Positions 1 through 12,589 are shown, counted from the stretch's first letter. The stretch: DNA of 64,000 nt from an uncultured delta proteobacterium (GCA_963772835.1 CAVYYZ010000008.1:192001-256000); one strand, 5' to 3'. Notes: generated by a model not told the origin, from the sequence alone. Program-made: numbers and translations.

Positions 1-3000
1 ACCCCTGCCAACGCCGGTATAGGTCTGTGCGACGTTGGTGGTGGTCATGCCGGCCGGAAAAACGTCGGTGAAGGCGGCCCCGTTCATGATCGAGGAGTTG
101 GGGTTGGTCAGGGTCAGGGTGATGGTGGAAGTTCCACCGGCCGGAATGGTGGCCGGACTGAAGACCTTGGCGATGGTGACAGGACCGAGTACGTCCAGAG
201 AGGCCGAGGCGGGAGTTCCCGGATTTACAGATGTTTCAGTGCTGGTTGCGCCGCTGGTCGTGTTGCTGTGTCCAACTGCGGGGCTGATGGTGCCGGAGGT
301 GATCGTGACGCTGATCGTACAGCTTTCGTTGGCGGCCAGAGAGGTAAGAGTCGGGTTGACCTGGGTGCCGCCGACGGAAAGGGCCGGTGAAAATGATACC
401 GCTCCGCTGCAGGTTTTGCCGAAGCTGGTTGATGCCACAGTCATGTTGTTCAGGACATCACTGAACTGGACGTTGTTGAGCGGGGTAGATGAATTCGGGT
501 TGGTGACCGTAAACGTAACGGTTGTATTGCCTCCGACGGTGATCTGACTCGGCAGGAAGTTTTTGCCAAGCTGCGGCGGACGAAGCACGTTCAGGGTCGC
601 CACTGGCGACGGCGATCCGGCCACCGGGGTCTGGGTCGAGGTGGCGCCGCTGGTCTGATTGGTGTTGGCACCGCTGACGTTGCTGGTAATCTGGACCGTT
701 ACGGTACAGCTGGTGCCGGCAGCCAGTGTCGGCACCGTCAGGTTGAGACTGGATGCCCCTGCAACCAGAGCCGGGATGCTGGTGGTACCGATACAACTGC
801 CACCGATAGTACTGTTGGCAACTGTCATGCTGGTCAGCGCATCGCTGAAGCTTACGTTGGTGAGCGGCACGGCATTACTGTTCTGCAGGGTGATCGTCAT
901 GGCGCTGACGCCGCCCTGGCTGATCAGCGAAGGAGAAAAGGATTTAGCGGTAACTGCCGGTGCCACCACGACGTTCAACGTGGCGGTGTTTGAAGCCGCA
1001 CCGGCGCCTCCGGTTTCCGTGGTGGCTACACCGGAAGTGGCGTTGTTGTACGTACCGGCAACGCTGGAAGTGACCGGCACCGTGATGGTGCAACTCGACA
1101 GTGCCGGAACCGTCCCTGCGGTGACGTTGAAGGTCGAGCCGCCGGCAGTGGCGGTCGTGACGATGCCGCTGCAGCTGCCGCCGACCGTGAGCGGCGTACC
1201 GTTGAACAGATTAGCGGGATAGTTGTCGGTGAAGCTGATTCCGTTCAGAGGGATGGAATCAGGGTTGGTTATAGTCAGCTGTATACTGCCGGTACCGCCG
1301 GGCGCGAAGCTGGCCGGAATGAACGCCTTGGCTATGGTCGGTTTCTGAGCCACTATCAGGGTGGCGCTGTTCGAAACCGGTCCGACCGGCAGCAGCGCAG
1401 TCGAAACACCCGAGGTCGTGTTTAGGTTACTGCCTGTAGTAGAACTGGACACGATGAAGGTGATGGTGCAGCCGGCGGCCGGAATATTGATACCGCTGAA
1501 AGCAAGAGCTGTCTGGCCGGCCGTGAGCCCGTTACCGGTAAAGGCGCCGCAGGTACCACCGGCGGTCTGATTGGCGGAGATACTCATGTTGGTGAGTGTG
1601 TCTGTCATGATGCCAGCCGTCTGCGCAATCCCGGTCGGGTTATTGAGCGTCAGGGTCACGGTCGATGTGCCTCCCGGAGCGATCTGGGCAGGGGCAAAGC
1701 CCTTGTTGATCACGACCAAGCCGACTCCCAGAGCCGTCGTTGCTGATGGGGTTCCTGCATCGGGCGTCTGCGTGCTGGTGACGCCGCTGGTCGTATTCGG
1801 ATAGTTGCCGGCTGCTGCCGAGCGCACTTGTACCGTAATGGTGCAGCTTCCCGCCGCGGGGACATTGCCTCCCGTGACATTGAAGATGCCCCCTCCCGCG
1901 ACAGTAGTACCACTCAGAATCACACCGGTGCAGCTTCCGCCGGTAGTGAGCGGAGTGGCATTTATCAGGCCGGCCGGATAGGTGTCCGTAAACACGATAT
2001 TGGTCAGACCTGCCACGTTCGGATTGGTTATGGTAAAAGTCAGGGTGTCATTGGTATTAGTCGCCACCGCAATCGGACTGAAAGCCTTGGTAATCGTCGG
2101 GCGACCCAGCAGTGTGCCGGAACCGACTGCGGCATTAGAGATCTTTTCCATATTCGTCAGGGCCCAGGCCGGGATGCTGTTGATGAACGGCCCTGAAACC
2201 GGGGACGAAACCGTTGTCTGCACCTGACAACCGGCAATCGGGACGGTGGCACCGCTCAGGCTGAAGGAGGTGCTGCCGGCCGTAGCGGTAACCGCACCGC
2301 CCGGACAGGTCGTGGAGGCGGCCGGTACGGCGGCATTCACTAAACCAGCCGGGTAGGTGTCGCTGAAGGATGCACCCGTCAGGGGGATGCCGGCCGGGTT
2401 GCCGATGGTGACGGTCAACACACTCGTGCCGCCGACACTTATGCTGGTCGGATTGAAGCTCTTGCTGAAGGTTGCCGGGGTGCGGACGGTCACATCTTCG
2501 CTGGTGCTGGAAGCAGGATTGTAGTTGCTGCCCGGGACGGCACCGCCGCCGGCATAGGCGCCTCCCGGGGTGACAGTCTGACCAGCAATGGTCCGTGTCG
2601 GGTCGTCGTAGGTGACCGCGCCCGGATTCTGATAGGTGCCGAGCGTCGTGCCGACCGGGATGTTCACGGTGAACGTGACCGAAACGCTGCCGCCGCCAGG
2701 AATAGAGAAGCTCGACCAGGCGGGCGATGTCGCACCGACGACCGGATTAGCCGTTGATGCTTGAGTGGCGCCGCCGCTGAGTGTTATGGAGGAGGTCGAT
2801 GCATACGTGAAGGGTGACGGCGCTCCGGGCAGCACATCAGTCAGTTTGACTCCGGTAGCGTTTCCGTATCCGGCAGCATTTGTCACGGTCAGCGTGTAGG
2901 TGGCCGTCCCCCCCTGGACTGCATTGGGAGTTCCAGCCGACTTGGTTACGGTGAGCAGGGGGTTGCAGAGCGCGTTTGAACCCGCCCCGGGCAGGTCGGT

Positions 3001-4542
3001 CGGCAGCAGCGCGTATAACTGGTACCCTCCGGACGAAGAGGATGATCCGTAGTCTACGGTGGTCGTCGCACTGGCGTTGGTGGTGCCGTATGCCCCGCCG
3101 TTGACGCTGACCGGCACTGTGCTTGAGATGGCGACAAACCCGCCTCCACCGCCCCCGCCCGGTCCATGCGGGTTGACGCCGGCTCCCGGAGAGTTGCTTC
3201 CGCCGTTGCCGCCGTTGGCATTGATCGAGACGCCCGCCAGCGTGTTGTTGGTGGCGAACATCAGAACTGCGCCGCCACCGCCACCGCCTCCCGAGGCGTC
3301 GTTCAGAACCGTCGTGTTACCGGCTGCGCCGTTGGCATTGATCGTCCCGGTTCCGGTAGTTGTCCGGGTACGAATGATGACTATGCCGCCTCCGGCTGCG
3401 CCGCTGGACGCAAAACCGCCTCCGGGAGTACCGGTCGCATTGTTGGTGGTTCCCGCACCCCCGCCCCCCCCCATGGTCAGGCGGGCCGGGGACATGGGCA
3501 CCGATTCGCCGCCGTAGCCGCCGGTCATGTACATCGGCGGCGTGCCTGGGGTCCAGCCGTAACCGCCCATCCCTCCGGTGCTGTACGCGCCGCCGCCACC
3601 TCCGCCGGAATTGTTCTGGTTGCTGGTAACGCTTCCGTCAGTGCCGCCCCCGCCTGCATTGCCCGGCGCTCCTCGGGCAAAACTGCCGTTCGGGTATCCG
3701 TCGGTTCCGGTGTCTAAGAGAGTGTTGCTGTTATTTATCCAGCGAGGTGTACCGGCTATGCCTTCACCCTTGCCGGCGTTCAGTCTGTTGAGGCCGGTGC
3801 CTGCAAAGGGCGGGACACCGGTTGGAGCTGTCGTCCTGATGTCGGTGTTCGTCAGGCCGGCAGACGGATTGGCACCGACCAGGTTTATGCCGCCGGCGCC
3901 ACGAAAACCCAGTCCCGTTACGTCGATAATCTGCCCACCCCAGCTTAGCTGGCCGGCCACATCGAACGCCACAACCCCTCCGGTGTATTCTGTCCCGGTT
4001 CCGCTCCACATGGAAGCGGTTACCCCCGCCCCCATCACAACAGAAGCATACTGGGGAACCCGGATCACCTGGAAGGTGCGTTGTCCTGCCGAGAAGGTTG
4101 CAGTAGCCGAACGGTAGCTGTTGGCCAGCGGCGCAGTGACAGTAATAGGGTTCGCGCCGGTTACATAGGAGGGGGATACTACGGCGTATTCATAGATACC
4201 GGCGTTGTTCAGCGCCGTAAATCCGGAACCGCCTGAACTGCCGCCATAACTGGTGGTGTTGCTGCTGTCAATGTCGGCATCCTGCATCTGCATGATTATT
4301 ATAAGATCGCCGGCAGCTATGTTCGCTGCGGCACCCCGTTTTCCGGCGATGCTGACCGTTATCGATGTCGAGCCGGCGCTAACTGTCCCGGTGCCGGGAT
4401 AATAGCTGTTGATAACGCCGCTTGGCGTGGCAGGTCCGTCGACGCCGGGATTCGAGCATACCTGCGCGGAGGCCTGTCCGCCAAGGAGCAGCAGCATGAG
4501 ACTGCAGGTGATGATGCCTATATAGGAACAAGTTCGTTTCAC
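1..4542 (-). CDS. Very large secreted Gly/Thr-rich DUF11/Ig-like repeat surface protein (adhesin-like), runs off window start
   Basis: GTG at 4540-4542 with GAGG RBS; signal peptide MKRTCSYIGIITCSLMLLLLGGQASA. Same frame at both ends (absent from ORF track because no stop in window). Poly-Gly N-region followed by repeats like 'K.F.P..I..GG.S.LT.T..N' and 'FTD.YPAG'. Confidence 0.85.
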   Translation of the reverse strand, partial: MKRTCSYIGIITCSLMLLLLGGQASAQVCSNPGVDGPATPSGVINSYYPGTGTVSAGSTSITVSIAGKRGAAANIAAGDLIIIMQMQDADIDSSNTTSYGGSSGGSGFTALNNAGIYEYAVVSPSYVTGANPITVTAPLANSYRSATATFSAGQRTFQVIRVPQYASVVMGAGVTASMWSGTGTEYTGGVVAFDVAGQLSWGGQIIDVTGLGFRGAGGINLVGANPSAGLTNTDIRTTAPTGVPPFAGTGLNRLNAGKGEGIAGTPRWINNSNTLLDTGTDGYPNGSFARGAPGNAGGGGTDGSVTSNQNNSGGGGGGAYSTGGMGGYGWTPGTPPMYMTGGYGGESVPMSPARLTMGGGGGAGTTNNATGTPGGGFASSGAAGGGIVIIRTRTTTGTGTINANGAAGNTTVLNDASGGGGGGGAVLMFATNNTLAGVSINANGGNGGSNSPGAGVNPHGPGGGGGGGFVAISSTVPVSVNGGAYGTTNASATTTVDYGSSSSSGGYQLYALLPTDLPGAGSNALCNPLLTVTKSAGTPNAVQGGTATYTLTVTNAAGYGNATGVKLTDVLPGAPSPFTYASTSSITLSGGATQASTANPVVGATSPAWSSFSIPGGGSVSVTFTVNIPVGTTLGTYQNPGAVTYDDPTRTIAGQTVTPGGAYAGGGAVPGSNYNPASSTSEDVTVRTPATFSKSFNPTSISVGGTSVLTVTIGNPAGIPLTGASFSDTYPAGLVNAAVPAASTTCPGGAVTATAGSTSFSLSGATVPIAGCQVQTTVSSPVSGPFINSIPAWALTNMEKISNAAVGSGTLLGRPTITKAFSPIAVATNTNDTLTFTITNPNVAGLTNIVFTDTYPAGLINATPLTTGGSCTGVILSGTTVAGGGIFNVTGGNVPAAGSCTITVQVRSAAAGNYPNTTSGVTSTQTPDAGTPSATTALGVGLVVINKGFAPAQIAPGGTSTVTLTLNNPTGIAQTAGIMTDTLTNMSISANQTAGGTCGAFTGNGLTAGQTALAFSGINIPAAGCTITFIVSSSTTGSNLNTTSGVSTALLPVGPVSNSATLIVAQKPTIAKAFIPASFAPGGTGSIQLTITNPDSIPLNGISFTDNYPANLFNGTPLTVGGSCSGIVTTATAGGSTFNVTAGTVPALSSCTITVPVTSSVAGTYNNATSGVATTETGGAGAASNTATLNVVVAPAVTAKSFSPSLISQGGVSAMTITLQNSNAVPLTNVSFSDALTSMTVANSTIGGSCIGTTSIPALVAGASSLNLTVPTLAAGTSCTVTVQITSNVSGANTNQTSGATSTQTPVAGSPSPVATLNVLRPPQLGKNFLPSQITVGGNTTVTFTVTNPNSSTPLNNVQFSDVLNNMTVASTSFGKTCSGAVSFSPALSVGGTQVNPTLTSLAANESCTISVTITSGTISPAVGHSNTTSGATSTETSVNPGTPASASLDVLGPVTIAKVFSPATIPAGGTSTITLTLTNPNSSIMNGAAFTDVFPAGMTTTNVAQTYTGVGRG

Positions 4543-4566
4543 GTCTCTACCTCATTAAAAATTCTG

Positions 4567-7500
4567 CTACTGTTTATTCAGCCAGCCGGCCGCATCTTTA
4601 ACCGAATTCTGGTCGAACTTTATCCTGAAACGTATGTACGGCCCCTGGATGGTGTAATCGGCCGATGAGAAATCCTTGTCGGTGAAGCCCACGATGTTAT
4701 AGCCGACACTGATCCAGGCATTTTCCGCAATATTGTAGCCGGTTGATGGACCGCCGCTGTAGGAAAACTGGCCGCTATGCCAGGTGTGCATGACGCTGCC
4801 CCGCACACCGAGGTCCCACTTTTTGGTTATGTCGTAGCGAGCTTCGACTCCCGTATGGTCGGTGAAGCCGCTGTAGCTGCTGCCGTTAATTGTGTCTCTG
4901 ACGTACTTTGCGCCGTACTGCAGAGAAATCTGCAGTTTTTTCTGCGGCCGGTAGTTGGCATTCAGATTGTTGACCAGACGCCATGTGGTGCCGTTGGAGC
5001 TGCTGCCGCCTCTCTGGTCGTCGAGATAATAATCAAGGCGATTCAGTAAAATCCATTTGGTTTCCGGGGGTCGGAACACAAGTCCGTAGCGCAGGTTTGA
5101 CTGTGTCGTGTCTATGCCGGTCGAAGCAAAGGTCTGATATATCTGGGCACGTCCGGACCAGGCCCAGCTGCCATTGACCTCGTTGACGATCCCGCTCAAC
5201 AGCCCCCATTTGTCCTGACTTTCAGCGACACGTACCTCAGCCCGGTTGTCCCAGGTCAGATGTTTGACCTGATAGGTGGCGCCGGTTGATACGGCGGTGA
5301 AATTTTCGGTGCCGCCCGATGCAGGGGGTACATTGGTGTTGAACTGGTAGTTGGAGTTTTTGGCAAGAGTCTGGCTGCGGTCCAGTCCGGCATCCACCTT
5401 CCAGGCTTCATTGATCTGCCAGACCTGCTTCATCCCGACATTGGCAAATACGCGTTCGGAATTCTCGTTCAACTGCCGTTCAACAGTGCTGGTAATGGTT
5501 GCACCTTTCCACGGGGTCGAGCGTATGCCGACACGCGTAGTCTGTGTTGTGGCTGTTTTACCCCAGGTGAACTCCTGTGCGCCGAGCAGCGTCAGGTTGC
5601 GGAGCACCTTCAGCTCGGCACCCAAAGTCGTACGGGTCGGGAAGTCTTTGTTGTTGCCATCCCATATTGACTGGGCATGGTCAACCGTCAGGGTCAGGCG
5701 GTCATTCAGTGTCAGGATCTTTCCCCCTGCGGTCAACTGGTTTGATTGCCGGTTACTGGTATCGCCAAGCTTGTCATTTGCATGCAGTACTCCGAAAGAA
5801 AATCCCGAATGGGGATCAGTGTAGCTGACCTTCCCTTCGGCAACATCGCGTACCGCCCCGTCAAGCAGGTTGTACTGGCGGTAGGCGCTGGCGCTGGTGC
5901 TGAAACGGTCGTTGAGGCGATACGTTCCGTCAGCACCGAATTTCCGGGTGCCTGACTCGGTCCCCGATTGCTGCCCGAGACCGAAGCCGGCTTCCTGTTC
6001 GCGATAATATGCTTTGACATCAAACTTCTTTGAATTGTGTGTGACTTCGGTCAGGTACGAATTGCCGCGATGGCTTGCGGTACCGGCGCTGACGTCACTG
6101 GTGGCAAATTCGGCGCGCAATCTGGTGCCGTCGCCAAGCTTAAGCGACGTATCAAGGCCGTACAGGTTTCCGATCCGGACACCCTGATCTTCGTGAATAT
6201 AACTTCCACCCACTTTCAACCGTTGGTCAAGCAGTTTGAGACCGGCGCGGCCGCCGTAGCTGTAGTTGACTCCGCCAGTGGAGATGGTTTCGTACTCGGC
6301 GACAATCGTGATCGGATTGAAATTCTCGTCGCGGCTGAAAACCGGTTCCTTGAAGAAGATGCTGCCGGCATCATAATCAATGGAATACTCGGTGAAGCGT
6401 CCGAGCGTGCGGGTGGACAGTACGACTTCGCTCCGGAAACGGTCGCGGACCTCGATGGTGATTTTTTCGGAATTCGAGACAATCTTCTTGTTTGATAAAC
6501 GATAGATCCCCGATGTCCCGTCTCCCGGAATTTCATCACGCACATAGGATTGTTCGGTTTCGCTGGCAAAGACATTCAATTCATAATTTTGGGCCTGCAG
6601 TTCGCTTTTGATGCCGGTCATACGGCGGCTGTAGCGGGACAGCTCGGTCACGGTCAGGCCGGTGTCATAGTCACCGAACATGGCATAGAATTGCTCCCGC
6701 TCGATCTTGACGTACAGCTTTTTTGCGCTGGCGGCATCGTACTGCTGCTGGGTCGCATCGCCATAGAGGGTATAATACGTCTCGGGGTTGATCGTCTGGA
6801 ACAGACCATTGCCGCCGGTCTCTTTTGTCTTGGCACTGTCATAGGCGGTGGTCAGCAGCCACTTGCCCTGGATCTGTCCCTTGGCATACAGGGCGACACG
6901 GTTGTTCTGATAAAGGTCTTCTGCCGCACCGGTACTGCTCAGGCTCTCCATGTTGCCCGAAGCGGTGTTGTAGCCAACGGTCCCTTCGGCCAGACCGACC
7001 AGGATCCAGTCCCGCAATTTCGGCTGCACATAGGTTTCGGCTTCGACAGTGGCGGTGTTATACCCGATTACGACCCGGTACGGGCCGCTGACGGTGACCG
7101 GTTGAAAGGAGACCCATCCGTCCCGGTCCATCACGAGCCGGCGGGTGGTCGTCTTTCTCTTCAAGAGGCAGGCTGTCCTGCACGAGCGGTTTGAGGTTCC
7201 CGTCACGCAGTTCCAGTTCGGCCGCAGCCGGATCCGGTTTCCGGCATTGTCAAGCAGTTCAAGCCGCATCCGGACGGGGGTCGTGCCGTCGGCCACGTTC
7301 CCCTCTGACGAGAGTACGCGAATGGCGGCGATGTCGCCGGTGCGGATCACCGTTATGCTCCTGTCGAAACGGGCGTTGCCAAATGGATCGAGCCCCTGCA
7401 GGGTCAGGGTGTGCTCACCGGCGGGCCCGAAATCGACACCGATAAAGCTGTAGGTGGTTGTGCCGGTCGCGGGATCGGCTGATTTATAACCGATCCGTTC

Positions 7501-10500
7501 CCTGAGGACTTCCTTGCCGTCAATCGCCAGTTTCGGCTGCAGGGATGAAGGCAGGCGCAACTGGACGGTGTTGGTTTGGTGTACCAGCAGCTCTCCCTCC
7601 TGTCTGCCGATGAAACCGGCCGGTTCATCGGCCTGTGCCGGTGCGGCTGCCTCGACCGGTGCTGCTTTGCCGGTAATGACTGCAGGTGATACGGTCGGTG
7701 CCGGAAGCGACTGGTTGAAAGCTGTTGCGGCAGCCCCGGTGATGTCTGCCGTTCCGGTTGATCCGGCGGGGGGAGGCGCTGCTGCGGCAACGGTGCGTTC
7801 CGAAACAGTGCCGACGTGGGGGGGCGCGCCCCCCGGCAACCACCACCGGAACCACGGTCTCGACTTCTGTCACCTGTTCGCCGCTGAACGCTTTAAGGAC
7901 CCGCAGACGGGAGGTGCTCACTATGCTGCGGCTGGAGGAGGTCTGGACCTCCACGCGCCTGTTGAGTGATCTTCCCTCCTCAGTGCTGTTGCCGGCGATC
8001 GGTGCTGTGGCTCCTTTTCCGTCAAACGTCAGCTTTTCGGGCGGCAGGTGCAGCTTTTCCATCAGATAGCGTCCGACACTTTTGGCACGGGCCATTGAAA
8101 GGGCAGAATTGTCTTTGTAGATGCTGCGGCTTCTGGGTGCGATGCGCACAGAGTCGGTATGACCGGTGACGTGGATCTTGTCGACACGCAGTGAGATCAA
8201 CAGACGGGCCAGTTCATCGATACGTTCACGGTCATCATCGTTCAGTTCAGCGCCGAACGTCGGAAAGTACGGACGCAGGACCATAGTCGGCATGGGATGA
8301 TCTGTATACTTTTTGTCCTGCTCGACGGTGGTTTCGGCTGGCGGTGTCAGCACGGAAGCACCGTTTGACCGATCCGCCGTCAGATACGCCTGCGTTGTCA
8401 GGACAAGTGCAGTAGCTGCTGCCGTCGGTTGTCCGGTAAAGGTCACCTCGTGCTTCCAGCTGCCGGGCAGTTCGCCCAGTTGATACACCAGAATGGCTTT
8501 GTCATACTGGACAGGATCAGCCATCACTTTGCCGTTCATCCGGCTGCTGTCGGTTGATACTTCACCCCTTCCGGGAGAATAATGTTCAGCCTGGTGTCCT
8601 GAACCGGCAGAGATGAGGCCTGCATGGAAACCGTGTAGGCGATGCTTTTCGCCGTCCACTTCGTTCGAGAGTTCCAGTGTCACTTTCCCTTTAGCGGGGA
8701 ACGGGAACAGGTGCGACCGCTGGAACTACGGAGACCGCAGGAGGAGGCGCTATCAGTTCCGGCTTCACCGGCTGCGGAGTGGCCGTGTTTCTCAGATGGA
8801 AGTCGGTTCGCCGTAGCAGGTCTCTTCGCGTTTTGACAAACTGGAGAAGGCCCGTCCGGCAAACCGGCTGTTCTCGGTGCAGGGGAACGCCTCATAGCCG
8901 TCAGGGAGCGAATCAGATCGATCTGAACCACATGCAGGCCGGGACGAACTCCTTCAAAATGGAACAGACCCCGTTTATCACTGACCACAAACGTTCCGTC
9001 CTCCATATAGACTCTGATGCCGGCAACGCCATCCGGCCCATCGCCTGTTTCTTCGCTGCAGGCACCGGTGGAGATACGCCCCATCAGAGTGGAACGGGTA
9101 CGCAGAAAATCATCACGAACAGTGACAGTGGCACGGCCCGTATTCGAACTCACACCAGCCGAACTCGCAACAGCAGTATTGGTTGCCGTTCCTATCCGTA
9201 GGTCCGACAGTGCTTCGTCTACATAATCGACCGTCGCAACGCCTCCTTTTGCGATAATTCCAATACTGAATGTCAGGGTACGGCCATCGGTGGAGATCGT
9301 TGGATCAGCCGCAGCCAGATTGTTAAGCAGAACCGATCCTTTGCGCAGCCTGAAACCGATCGGCAGGGTGTCAGATAGCTGGACGCCGCCTGCTGCTGCG
9401 GTTGAGCTCATATTGGTGACACTCAGTTTGTACGGCACAAAATCTCCGTGACCGGCGGACTCCTTGCCGGCACTCTTCTGCACCCAGAGTCCGGCCGGTG
9501 CCGGGTCAAGCGGCACGTCAATACGCAGGGCCGGACCGGGATTGATGACGAACACTTCGCTTCGCGAGCCGTTTACGATAGTGAAAGGCCCGCCGGGGAG
9601 TGCCTGGATGACTGTCGTAGCGACCGTGCTGGGGAACTGTAACCCGGAGGAGGAGTGACGTCGAAACGATATGAACCGGGAAGTACAGAACGGGAAGCGG
9701 AAACCGCCAGGCGAAAAAGTATAGAGTTTCCCGCTGCTGTCGCTGGTACTGCCGCCGGATGTAAGTGTTGCCGGATAGCTGCTGACCCCGTCATCTCCCA
9801 ATATAGTGGCCGGCAGACCGGTCGCGGTGTTGATCATGGTAATCGTTGCGCCGTTGAGAGGCAGACCTGTCGCGGAATCGAAGATTATTCCGTACGGGTC
9901 GACCATGATGGTCGTCGCCGAGGTGTCGCTGCCGTCAACACTATCGACATAGCGGGTCGTGAGTGTATCCGCCCGCTTTGACAGTTATGCTGCCCGTTGT
10001 AGCTGGCGGCGGCGGAGTCGGTCGTGGGAAAGGACCCAACGAAGATGCCGGTATCCGGTCACTCCGGTCAGTTTCAGCACTTCAACATCACCATTGGCCG
10101 GATCGGTAACCGTTACTAAAACTGTTTCCACCAGGGTCCGGTCCAGATTCTGGTCCTTGTCGGTCACACGAATGAAAAGCGGGTCACCCTGATGAATCTG
10201 GGTAGCCGGTGCCAGCGGAATCGGGCTGCTCAGATCAACCGGCGTGGATGAACCTGTCATGGTCGGCGCTGGAAGCGGCAGGAAGGGTGAAACCGGGCTT
10301 GCGCCGCTGCGATACGTACCGGATACCACTTGAATAGCCGGTGTTCCGGAAAGGGTTGGTGCGTACTGAAGGTATTCGATAGTTGAGGGCGTTCGGATCA
10401 CGGCCGTAACCGTTGCCGATGCTGCTACAAGCGGAGTGGTTGCAGAGGTTACAATGACGGGTGTCTATGACCTTGTCGCCCTGAACCGGTGAGGCGGCAT

Positions 10501-10636
10501 GAATATCCGTCTCTGCGGCCGCGAGGAAAAACGACAGAAGAATAGCGACAGAGGCGCAGCGCAGTGCAGAACGGGCGAAGGCCCCCCAACCCGGGGAGCG
10601 CTCCTTTCCGTTTATGCCGGTCCGAACGGTTGTCAC
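4567..10636 (-). CDS. Giant outer-membrane protein: signal peptide - DUF11 - SdrD-B-like - OmpA C-terminal PG-binding domain - large C-terminal beta-barrel; split by several frameshifts
   Basis: ORF pieces 10235-10636, 9985-10401, 8680-9906, 7625-8683 and 4567-7839 read as one protein. OmpA motif GHTDS..N..LS..RA..V..GKG..P..N....GR..NRRVE. Amphipathic beta-strand C-terminal region ending GPYIRFRIKF. Start uncertain. Confidence 0.8.
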
Positions 10637-10709
10637 GCCGCTTGTACCCTCTGTATGCTCTTTACTGAATCAGTCATGTATGTATAGTTTCGGTTCCTTC
10701 ATGTTTTTT

Positions 10710-10746
10710 GAGGCGGCGGGGGAGAGAAACCTCCCCCGCCTGCTTT
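10710..10746 (-). terminator. Intrinsic terminator/stem-loop after DUF11 gene
   Basis: GGCGGGGGAG/CTCCCCCGCC hairpin directly downstream of TAG at 10748. Confidence 0.55.
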
Positions 10747-10747
10747 A

Positions 10748-11919
10748 CTATTTGACTGTTGCCTTGAATAACAGCACTACATCGGCTCCAGCTGCGATCG
10801 CAGCAGGTAGTGTGTAGGTAATCGTGCCGGGCGTGGTCCCAAAATTTCGAAACCATCAACATCTCCAGCGTCAAAATCGGGTAGAGCGGCCTGGCGCACC
10901 TGCTAGTTGCCCCTGACGATTGCCAGTTTGGCACTGCCGGCCGTATAGGACGTATAACTTGTCATCGGATCAGTGATGACCACCGCGGTGGCATTGCCGG
11001 TGCCGCCGTTATGCACGGTGATACGATAGAAAAGCGGGGTTGTCGGTGCAGCGCTTGCTGTGGCTGCCCAACTGGCTGCCAAGTCCCGTCAGGGAAACAT
11101 CTTTGGTCACCGTCAGATTGGCGGCCGGTACCGTGGTGGTGGTGGAGTCCGTCGCTGCTGCGCCGGCTGCTGATTTGGCACTGACAACGGTCGTGATTGT
11201 TTCATTGGTCGTCGTGGCGTTCATGGTCAGAGGTGTCACCGCCAGAGAGAAGGTTTTCTGCTCGCCGATCAGAGTGCCGTAAGTGAGCGCAGCGGAGGCA
11301 GTGCCGTTGCCATTGACGGTGATGGTCGATGTGCCGGCGGCATTGTCGACAATCGAAGCAACGGTATATACCTGGGTGTTGATGACAACCGTGGCGCCGG
11401 CAATGATGCCGTTGACACTGGCGTTAGACACGCCGTCACTCGGTACCACTATGGCTGTTGTTCCTGCCGCAGTGATGGTCACCGGTGTGATGATTGTAGT
11501 GGCGCCCAGAGCTATCGGCGTGGGTGATGGCACTGCGCTGGAGGTGAGGATATGGGCCGTATTGGTAACGCTTCCGCCATTCAGAGAAGTCGATATGGCG
11601 TAGGATTCCGGGCCGTTGGAGTTGGCGGTGATGGTGTAGTTGTAGGTCGCCGCTGTGGCCAGTGTGGTGTTCTGGTCGCCCGGAGTGCTCAGGGAGGGGG
11701 CAACCGCCACCAGGGTGACGGTCACGATTGCTGATGCAGTGACCGCAGTCTGGGCGGTTCCACCGGCGTCCTTGAAGTTGACTGTTACGGTGTTGATGAT
11801 GGCGGTGTTGGCCGCCGTGTTGGCGTGCTCCATCTGCGGGATGGCAGCCAGTGTCAGAAACATCAGCAGAACACCGATGCCGACACAGCTGACTGTGGTT
11901 AAACTACTGAAATATTCAT
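10748..11919 (-). CDS. Secreted DUF11-family Thr/Ala-rich protein (candidate major subunit), frameshifted
   Basis: AGGAG RBS + ATG at 11919. Core ORF 11009-11863 (ANTAANTAIINTVTVNF). Continues in other frames through NGGTGNATAVVITDP to ...FKATVK-TAG. Confidence 0.7.
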
Positions 11920-12082
11920 TTTGCTCTCCTTTCTTCGGTTGTAATCACGTAATGTGATCGGTTAGTCTTATCTGTGAATAACTAGGCCAGCCAGTGTTTT
12001 GTTGCGAGTTTCGATTGATTTCATCATCCTCCTTTCTTTTCAAAATAAGATTGCGTGCAGTTTTGTTGATGCGGGTTGTCGT

Positions 12083-12589
12083 TTATTTGACTCTGGCACT
12101 GAAGCCGAGTGTACCTCCTGTGCCTGCCGGAACCTGCTTGATGGTCCAGCGGATATGAGTATATTCCTCCGGACGGGCGGTGTACTTCTGCACAGAGCCG
12201 TTGGATTGTTTGATCTCGTACGTGAGCAGAGACGGTTTCTTATACGTCTTGCCGTTGTCGATGGAAAAGGTGATGTCGGCACCGGCACCTTTGGCGCTGT
12301 TGTCAACATAGCTCATTCCTGCGGATACCGGATTGTCCACAACGGCATCGGTGGCGGTTTCATTCCCCTTGTTGCTGTAGGCAAGGGTGTAGGTTATGAC
12401 ATCCCCGGAATTTGCCGTTGTTGCCGGGACCCGTTTTGCGGTTCTGGCGCCGTTGACGGTTTCGAAGACCTCCTTACTGGCCGACAGGTTGATTTCCATC
12501 TGTGGTTTTGCCCAGACAGGCAGACAGGTAAGTGCCAGAAGTGCCAGAGTGAACAGGGATACCGTAAAACGTTGAAATGATTTTTCCAT
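12083..12589 (-). CDS. Small secreted single-DUF11-domain protein
   Basis: Signal peptide; GDVITYTLAYSNKG..ATDAVVDNPV..GMSYV; YTHIRW; terminal FSARVK strand. Confidence 0.85.
   Translation of the reverse strand: MEKSFQRFTVSLFTLALLALTCLPVWAKPQMEINLSASKEVFETVNGARTAKRVPATTANSGDVITYTLAYSNKGNETATDAVVDNPVSAGMSYVDNSAKGAGADITFSIDNGKTYKKPSLLTYEIKQSNGSVQKYTARPEEYTHIRWTIKQVPAGTGGTLGFSARVK

Noticed and set aside
35..4117. Plus-strand Val/Pro-rich ORFs
   Set aside because: Antisense shadows of the large minus-strand gene.
11968..12027. 19-codon ORF with AGGAGG between DUF11 genes
   Set aside because: RBS spacing too short and no other support.
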